DNA from: Waterburya sp.
Lineage (GTDB): Bacteria > Cyanobacteriota > Cyanobacteriia > Cyanobacteriales > Xenococcaceae
NCBI GenBank assembly: GCA_965217895.1
Contig: CBDCJV010000002.1
Coordinates: 2,464,001 to 2,528,000, forward strand
DNA: 64,000 nucleotides
Reading direction: 5' to 3'
Shown: in pieces, positions 60,578 through 64,000 of the stretch
How positions within the stretch are numbered: the stretch's first letter is position 1
Layout: each line of letters starts with the position of its first letter
Translations under genes and position numbers: made by a program
Notes under the pieces: model-generated
Databases searched by the model: none
Told to the model about the DNA's origin: nothing
What the model saw: the letters and a program-made list of their open reading frames with translations, nothing else

Positions 60578-61684
60578 ATGAGAATTTTAATCTATTCTTT
60601 GGGCAAAAGCGGTACAACTGCTCTGGCTTACGCAATTAATAATGCTTTCGCTCATTATTCCCTGATTTTAGAGCCTGAACAGTTAAATAACGTCGATTAC
60701 AGTGATGATAATTTAATTGTCAAATCTATTTATGGCGATCGCTGGAAAAAAGACGTAGATTATTTTACAAAATTTGACAAAAAAATTCTTCTGCTCAGAA
60801 ACCCTTTAGATAGAATTATTAGCTATCTACTGTATATGCCCTACAATGGAGACGGTTTTTCTGATGATCGTAATGCTTATAAATATATCGATCTTTTAAT
60901 GAAAAAAGCTAACGCTCCTGAATTAGTTGGTGTTAATGATATCGACCGTTGTTTTAAAAATGTAACGGAGCGAAGTTCTTTAATTAGAGCAGTTGCCAAA
61001 CAATCAAATAGTATTTATGACTTAGCTCAAAATACTCAAGAATTTTTTCTGCTAAAATATGAAGATTTTATTCAGAACAACCTGCAAGGATTAAGTGGTT
61101 ACTTGGGCAGAGAAATATTTAACCAGGTTAAAGTTTCTAAGCAATTTGCCAGAACAGAACGAAGTAAAAGTTTTGATAACTATAAATATTTTTTTTTAAA
61201 TCAGGAAATTCACTCTATTTTAGAGCCGCTTAAGAGCTTTAATAATATGTTTGAATATGCCTTCGATCTCGATCATTTAAATTCATCTGTTGGCGAAAAA
61301 CCATCGGCTCTATCGGCGGAGTTAACTTATAATTATACAATAAAAGTAATTAACGAATATAGAAGTAGACATTTAATTCCCTTGTACAATCATGGACAAA
61401 TTCAGGTAAAAGAAGAAGGAGTTTTGTTTGACAAAGCAAAAAGGTTTTTGGCGAATGAAAAGCTAGATGAAGCGGAAAAGTTGTTTTTAGAATCTGTCAG
61501 TTTAAATAATTCTTTTTTAGCCAGCTATTTTAAGCTTGCCAAAATTCACGAAGCCAGAGAAAACTTCGATCTATCTAGTCATTATCTTCATGAATGCCTG
61601 AGAATAGATCCTCAATGCAAAGCTGCTTTACAAATGCTACAGCATCTTGAGCGTGTAAAGTTAGTCAATCGAGTTTCCCATTAA
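60578..61684 (+). CDS. Sulfotransferase-fold protein with C-terminal TPRs (paralog of 48440-49537)
   Basis: MRILIYSLGKSGTTALAY; RNPLDRIISYLLYMPYNGDGFSDDRN is identical to the paralog. Confidence 0.7.
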   Translation: MRILIYSLGKSGTTALAYAINNAFAHYSLILEPEQLNNVDYSDDNLIVKSIYGDRWKKDVDYFTKFDKKILLLRNPLDRIISYLLYMPYNGDGFSDDRNAYKYIDLLMKKANAPELVGVNDIDRCFKNVTERSSLIRAVAKQSNSIYDLAQNTQEFFLLKYEDFIQNNLQGLSGYLGREIFNQVKVSKQFARTERSKSFDNYKYFFLNQEIHSILEPLKSFNNMFEYAFDLDHLNSSVGEKPSALSAELTYNYTIKVINEYRSRHLIPLYNHGQIQVKEEGVLFDKAKRFLANEKLDEAEKLFLESVSLNNSFLASYFKLAKIHEARENFDLSSHYLHECLRIDPQCKAALQMLQHLERVKLVNRVSH

Positions 61685-61726
61685 ATTAAAACAGTTATTA
61701 CAAACAAGAAAAAAAATAAAATTATC

Positions 61727-61749
61727 GGCGTTGCTGAATCGAGGTGTGA
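61727..61749. mobile_element. Isolated MITE terminus GGCGTTGCTGAATCGAGGTGTGA
   Basis: Same family as the ends of 27814-27927; partner end not clearly seen. Confidence 0.5.
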
Positions 61750-61839
61750 TTACGTAAAAATTTATTTCCTGATTAATATTTGAAAAGCTTAAAGTTTAGA
61801 GTCCTTAGTTATTTGAAAATACTATATTTACGCCCACGT

Positions 61840-63183
61840 CTACTGATGTATTTTAATTTCTAGCTGATCTTGTATTTTAGAAGGTTCATAGACAGGCGCG
61901 ATCGCACTTTTTTCAGGAGTTATGTCCCAGTCATAGTGACGCAGCAGCAAAGACATAAATATTTTCATTTCCATCTGGGCGAACTGATAACCCAGACAGA
62001 CATGAGAACCGCCACCAAAACCAACTAGGGAAAAAGGATGCTGTTTGTCTTCTTCGCGGGGAGGGGCAAAACGATCTGGATCGAAAGAATCTGGGTTAGC
62101 ATATATTTCTGGTAGGCGGTGAGTCAGCATGGGGGATACATCCACCATCCAGCCAGCAGGAATACGATAGCCGTTGTATTCGATATCTTTGACTACACCG
62201 CGAGATATATTTTGCACTGGAGGATAAAGTCTTTCTACTTCTTTGAGAGCGTAGCCCAGGTAAGTAAACTGTTTTAAATGAGATAGATGCAAAGGCTCAT
62301 CGCCGACAACCTCTTTTTGTTCGTTAAGCAAACGTTCTTTCCATTCAGGATTTGCATTTAGTTCCAACAGTAACCAAGAAATTAAGACGGCGGGGTTTTC
62401 GTGTCCTGCAAACAAAACCATTAACAATTGGTCGATAATTTCCGTATCGCTTAACGGATCGCCGTCTTCGGTAACGGAAGCCAAAAATAAGCCTAAAAAG
62501 TCTTGAGACTCTTTGAGATCGCCATTTCGGCGACGAGTAGCTATTTTTTGCTGCAAAAATGTTTTCAGTTTACGACGGGCTGACTGAGAACGTCCATACA
62601 GGGTAAAAGGCAAGTCTAGATTTAATTTTGCTCTACGCCCAACCAACATAGTTAGAAAATATTGAAGAGATTCTGCAAACTCGGCTTTTGTTTCTGTACC
62701 CAAAATTAGCTGAAGTGCTACGGTTAGGGAAAATTCTGTAAAAGCGTCGATCGCGGGTAAAATTCCTTCAGTGGCTTTTTCTGCCAGAAAATTCTCGGCA
62801 AGCAGATGGATGGTAGCAAAATAATTATTAAGTGCCTGTCCGTGCATTGCAGGATGGATCAGGCGACGAATGGCTTTATGTCTTTTGCCATCTTGAAGCA
62901 GTACCCCGCTTCCAAAAATTGGTTTAAGAAATATCCAACCTTGTTCTGCCGACAGATGATCTGCTTTATCCATCAACACTAGCTTGTTGGCTTCGGTGCC
63001 GATCAAAAAAGCAAACTTTTTACCAAATATGCGCGATTTGAAAACTGAACCATGACGCTCAAAACGCTGGCGATAAAACATTTCCTCTCCAGCAAAGAGT
63101 TCTTTAGTCTCACCTTTAGAACTACCAAAACTTCCTGGCATTTCTTCGGCGGATTTTAGCTTCGATCTTTGTTGTAATACCAT
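61840..63183 (-). CDS. Cytochrome P450 (CYP120-like)
   Basis: ExxR (KEVERLYPP), FDPDRF, heme motif FGGGSHVCLG; I-helix AGHENP. Confidence 0.95.
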   Translation of the reverse strand: MVLQQRSKLKSAEEMPGSFGSSKGETKELFAGEEMFYRQRFERHGSVFKSRIFGKKFAFLIGTEANKLVLMDKADHLSAEQGWIFLKPIFGSGVLLQDGKRHKAIRRLIHPAMHGQALNNYFATIHLLAENFLAEKATEGILPAIDAFTEFSLTVALQLILGTETKAEFAESLQYFLTMLVGRRAKLNLDLPFTLYGRSQSARRKLKTFLQQKIATRRRNGDLKESQDFLGLFLASVTEDGDPLSDTEIIDQLLMVLFAGHENPAVLISWLLLELNANPEWKERLLNEQKEVVGDEPLHLSHLKQFTYLGYALKEVERLYPPVQNISRGVVKDIEYNGYRIPAGWMVDVSPMLTHRLPEIYANPDSFDPDRFAPPREEDKQHPFSLVGFGGGSHVCLGYQFAQMEMKIFMSLLLRHYDWDITPEKSAIAPVYEPSKIQDQLEIKIHQ

Positions 63184-63243
63184 TTATAGTTATATTTATT
63201 AGTTTTTACACGCGGGGTAATAGAAGTTACCTTCATTCTTGGT

Positions 63244-63278
63244 TAAAAGCTAAAAGCTAAAAGCTAATAGCTAATAGC
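63244..63278. repeat. STRR heptamer (TAAAAGC/TAATAGC)x5
   Basis: Read directly from the sequence. Confidence 0.9.
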
Positions 63279-63315
63279 TTTATCAATACCGATCAATGTA
63301 AATCGAAGTAATTTA

Positions 63316-64000
63316 TCAAACAGGTACAGCTTCAATAATGCTGTTTGCCGTTTGGGTGGGAATGATTCGGGCAATTTTAAAACCTGCTTTGATTAACAAA
63401 TCTCGATATTCATCTTCTTTGCGTTCGCGTCCCCCAGGAGTAGTCAGGAGAGATTCTAGATCGATTAATTTACCGACAAAAGGTTCATTGCCTTCAGGCA
63501 TAATCATTTCTACTAGTAAAAGCTTGCCTGTGTCTGTAATTGCCTCGCGACAGTTTTGCAGGATTTTGATTGCTTGTTTGTCGTCCCAGTTATGAATAAC
63601 GAACATCAAAATATAGGTATCTCCACCCCTAGGAACTGTCTCGACACAGTTACCTGAAACTAGCTGACAGCGTTCTGTTAGCCCAGCTTGCGCGATCGCG
63701 GGTTGAGCCACAGCGATCGCACTTTCAAAGTCTAATAAAATTCCCTTCATTTCTGGATAAGCTTTGAGCAAGGGAATAATCGTACTTCCCGCCCCAGCAA
63801 AGATTCCTAGTTCCACTAATGTAGATGTGCTAGAAAAATCGTAGTTAGCCATTAAAGAATTAGAGGCGCGACTAGAAATACTAACTTTAGAATTGCTGGC
63901 AGTTTTGGCTGCTTCAGGATCTAAATAATATTCAAACAAGCCCTGTCCAAAAAGGCGATCAAATGCTGGCTTTCCAGTCTTAATACTGTAGGGAAGTTCT
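63316..64000 (-). CDS. SAM-dependent O-methyltransferase (Methyltransf_2/COMT-like), 5' end outside the window
   Basis: Frame open to the window edge (ELPYSIKTGKPAFDRLFGQGLFEY); YDFS, DTYILMFVIHNWDD, GGRER. Confidence 0.9.
   Translation of the reverse strand, partial: ELPYSIKTGKPAFDRLFGQGLFEYYLDPEAAKTASNSKVSISSRASNSLMANYDFSSTSTLVELGIFAGAGSTIIPLLKAYPEMKGILLDFESAIAVAQPAIAQAGLTERCQLVSGNCVETVPRGGDTYILMFVIHNWDDKQAIKILQNCREAITDTGKLLLVEMIMPEGNEPFVGKLIDLESLLTTPGGRERKEDEYRDLLIKAGFKIARIIPTQTANSIIEAVPV

Larger units (their letters stand above)
1..64000. repeat. HIP1 octamer GCGATCGC, highly iterated
   Basis: Many occurrences throughout, in coding and intergenic DNA; a hallmark of most cyanobacterial genomes. 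Confidence 0.95.

Noticed and set aside
820..63595. Numerous 60-140-aa antisense or alternate-frame ORFs inside long genes
   Set aside because: Shadow ORFs of well-supported CDSs with no independent motifs.

Overview
Cyanobacterial chromosomal segment (very frequent HIP1 GCGATCGC, Tic22, BciB-type 8-vinyl reductase, GUN4-domain and pentapeptide genes; resembles a Pleurocapsales-like genome, by inference). Most of 3-45 kb is housekeeping, signalling and transport: ftsW, prmC, tsaC, folB, recF, queA, a ClpC paralog, an RND pump, TRAP permeases, lysC and der. Glycosyltransferase genes lie at the left edge. 45-62 kb is an accessory glycan-modification locus built as a mirror image: two divergent ~1700-aa TPR + triple-glycosyltransferase proteins, each followed by a paralogous sulfotransferase-fold/TPR gene, with three extra tailoring genes on the left arm. 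The right edge holds an O-methyltransferase and a P450 lacking the I-helix Thr. Intergenic DNA is rich in small elements: REP-like palindromes, several MITEs, an IS982 fragment and 7-bp STRRs. The most notable is a ~54-nt three-hairpin element, present in three copies with different stem sequences but preserved pairing, each inserted into the same heptamer repeat. No rRNA, tRNA or CRISPR array was recognised. All calls come from motif reading; no database searches were run.
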